52,432 nt of DNA, from NCBI RefSeq assembly GCF_001194135.2, contig NC_068982.1, forward strand, positions 87,713,698 to 87,766,129, given 5' to 3'. This stretch comes from Octopus bimaculoides (Eukaryota). Numbering within the stretch: position 1 is the stretch's first letter; each line of letters opens with the position of its first letter. Under the pieces are notes generated by a model. The model did no database searches, had not been told where the DNA came from, and saw nothing but the letters and a program-made list of their open reading frames with translations. Shown here one piece after another: positions 49,390 through 52,432 of the stretch. The position numbers and the translations under genes were made by a program.

Positions 49390-52246
49390 ATGGAAGTACA
49401 CCACAACCGGAATATTCCAATCATCAAACAACCAAAAGAAAAAGAATGAAAAATGGTCTAGGGAAGATAATAAAGAAGTTCTTACCGCCTTCTATCATGC
49501 CATTTATTTCCCCACAAATAAATCTAATACTGTACAAACCTACTTAAACTGGAGACAGAAACATCTTGGAGTAAGACCATACATAGACAGTAACAAACTT
49601 GCTAACGACAAAAGAAACATTATGAAAAACAATTACTAACTGAAATAGAGATTGACCAACTTAAACAAACAGAAAGGGATAAAAGGAACGAAGCTGCAGC
49701 TAAAGAAGATACTACAGAGAAAATAATAATAGACCAGCCCAGGGCTGATGAAAATGCAGTAATGATTGAAAGAGTTAATATAACTAATAAGCAAAGTAAA
49801 ATGCTCTCTGAACCAACCATAACCACTACGGCAGATGAAAATCAAATAGATGAAGAAAGTCACACAGAAATTGTTACAACAGAACTACATGATCTAAAAA
49901 AATCAAATCATGATTGAATGGTTGAAAATTAAAGAAACCAGTATGAATGAACGCGATACTCTCCCAAAAATTCGCAATTCTAACCAAAACCTGAAAATAA
50001 TTGGTAAAATCCGCCTTGCACTTAAGGATATAATTTCAGTTAATGATGTTGATATTACAGATCTCAACCGCCTGTACTATGCATCCGCAAAAATCTCAAC
50101 GATTCTCTGTGGTGAGAAGATTAGAAAACGACAACGTTCCCACAAAAAGCCTTCTTGGCAAGAGCGTATTCAACACTAAATGAAGCTACTTAGGTCTGAC
50201 ATAGAATATTCGAAAAACTTTAAGTTTAACAAGACTATCAAACCTACAAAAACCCGAAAATTAAAGAAAAAATGTATGAAAACCATATTTGACATTGATA
50301 CCACCATAGAAACCATCAAACAAAAGGTATGTGTTAAAGCTGCCCGCATAGCATGGTATGAAAAGCGCGTTAGATTCTTCAGGGACAACAACATATTCAA
50401 AAATAACCCCCAAAATTTTTACAGGAAGAAAGGGAAGATACTAGTTACAGTAAAGTTTGTCCCATCAAAAGAAGTGCAGGAATTTTGGAATAAAATTTGG
50501 GCAGAAGAAAAAAAAACACAATGAAAAGGCCCCTTGGATTGATAGAATATCTACAGACTTAGACTCCTTAGAGGAGCAAAAGTGGGAGGGTGCCAATGTA
50601 GAAGATATAAGATCTGCTCTCAGGAGGTCAAGCAAATGGAAGTCTCCAGGAAAGGATAAAATTCCTAACTTCTGGTTGAATGCCTTCCTAGAGAGCCATG
50701 AACTAATAACAAAACTTTACAACAATGTTTTGTAACATCCTAGTATGATCCCCTCTTAGCTAGTTAATGGTTTAACATTCCTACTTCCAAAAAATGAAGA
50801 AACAAATGAACCAAAAATTTATCAACCCATAACCTGCTTAACAACAATGTATAAAACGCTAACATCTGTCCTGACTGAATATACCTATAGTTTTTTAATA
50901 GAAAGTAGCATATTCCCTAATGAGCAAAAAAGATGTAAATGTGGATCTAATGGTTGTAAAGATTAGCTACTCATCAATAAGATGATCTTAGAAGATTGTC
51001 ACAAACGACACAAAAACTTGACAATAGCCTGGATAGACTATAAAAAAGCATTTGATAGCCTACCACATAGCTGGATTAAGAAATGTCTGGAAATGTATAA
51101 AATAGCTCCTACTCTGCGAAACATTTTGTCTGTAACTATGAGATCATGGAGAACCACACATTGACTATGAACAGTGACAATTTAATCTCTAAATGCTGGA
51201 GATGTAAGAATTTCATGTGGCATTTTCCAGGGTGACTCACTATCACCATTCCTCTTTTGTCTAACCTTTCTCAAAATTTCTCAATGTTTGATAAAAATAT
51301 AAATCATATCATTTACATGGATGATTTAAAGGTATTTGCAAAAAATGACAAAGAACAAAAGGGCTTACTAGCGATTGTTAAACAATTCAGTGATCACATT
51401 AGGATGCAATTTGGCCTCGATAAATGTGCAAAAGCTACCTTTATCAAAGGGAAATTGACAGAAACATCTTACGTTAACCTTGACCAGCAGAATGTCATAA
51501 AAGAGTTAGAACCAGCGAAGAGCTACAAATATCCAGGGGTAATTGAAGGGGACGGAATCAAACATGCAGTGATGAAGGAAACGATCAGAAGAGAATGTTA
51601 TTGCAGGGTAAGAGCAATACTGAAGACAGAGCTGAATGCAAGAAACAGGATCGAAGCGATCAATACTTTAGCCATACCAGTCGTGACTTACAGTTTCAAT
51701 ATCATTAACTGGTCAATTACTGAAATATGTAATCTTGACAGAAAAATATGAAAACTGTTGACAATGCATAGAATGCACCACCCTAAGGCAGATATAGAAC
51801 AACTTTATCTGCCAAGAAAAGAGGGAGGCTGTGAACTTTTACCACTGGTATTAACAATGAAGATTGCCACAATTGTCCTAGACACCTACCTGAAAAACTC
51901 TGAGGACTGGATGTTAAAACTTGTCTCAAAACATGAAAACAAGAGAGCATCATACTCAGTAACAAAACAGGCAAAGGAATATCTAAGTGAATTCTGAATA
52001 CAACAAATTTCAGAATTAGATTACTAGAAGCAAGCGCAGAAAAAGCTAAGCGCATGAAAACACGTGCTAAAATTTCTGCCTTAGATATTCTGACTGGTAA
52101 ATGGCAAGAAAAACCTCTCAATGGTAAATACCCAAAGAGAGCGAATAATGCCGATGTTGACAAAGCCCTTACCCATGAATGGCTAATGGCTTCTGGCTTA
52201 AAATCAGAAATAGAAGGGTTTATCATCGCAGCCCATGATCAATGCC
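49390..52246 (+). mobile_element. R4/Dong-clade non-LTR retrotransposon, frameshifted ORF
   Basis: Myb-like start (KRKRMK/WSREDNKEV), KPSWQERI, WKSPGKDKIPNFW, WIDYKKAFDSLPHSW, GIFQGDSLSP, YMDDLK, KWQEKPLNGKY..GLKSEIEGFIIAAHDQ. Interrupted by a SINE at ~52247. Confidence 0.85.
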
Positions 52247-52432
52247 TTTTATTTTTCTTATTTATGCGCCCTTTTAAAGCATAACCAGGCTCATGGGTCC
52301 GGTTTCCCGGTTTCTATGGCGTATGTGTCGCCGCCCCCCGCTAGCTGGAAGGGATGCCAGTCCATCGAAGCGTTACTCAAGAAACAGGAAGAAAGAGTGA
52401 GAGAAAGCTGGGGAGAAAGAGTACAACAGGGG
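52247..52432 (-). mobile_element. SINE 3' part inserted in the R4/Dong element, truncated by the window end
   Basis: ctcatgggtccggtttcccggtttctatggcgtat..gccagtccatcg, matching 40745-40830 and 41250. Confidence 0.6.

Noticed and set aside
48990-49547. 185-aa ORF as an independent gene
   Set aside because: Produced by the two 200-bp leader repeats running into the frameshifted start of the R4/Dong ORF; no recognisable domain.

Overview
Eukaryotic, AT-rich genomic DNA, rich in microsatellites and transposons, with several N gaps. The SINE/RTE repeat families suggest an octopus (inference). One host gene is reconstructed on the minus strand: a complete 5-coding-exon flavin-containing monooxygenase (FMO5-like, 1629 nt, 542 aa; exons 39563-39895, 25549-25848, 17201-17752, 8762-8927, 2967-3244; all GT-AG introns, phases consistent). 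The rest is mostly decayed mobile DNA: RTE LINEs and many tail-only copies, CR1/L2 fragments, an R4/Dong-type element, three Tc1/mariner-superfamily transposase remnants, MITEs and tRNA-derived SINEs. The most notable unexplained structure is four sequence-distinct minimal type I hammerhead ribozyme motifs, each with a palindromic stem III, in FMO introns 1-2. All four read on the strand antisense to FMO. One lies in a ~685-bp palindrome whose FMO-sense mirror copy has a mutated core. Also notable are a ~290-bp fold-back in the predicted FMO 3' UTR and a head-to-head pair of tRNA-like units with (AAT)n tails beside the Dong-like element. All calls are by eye; no searches or folding programs were run.
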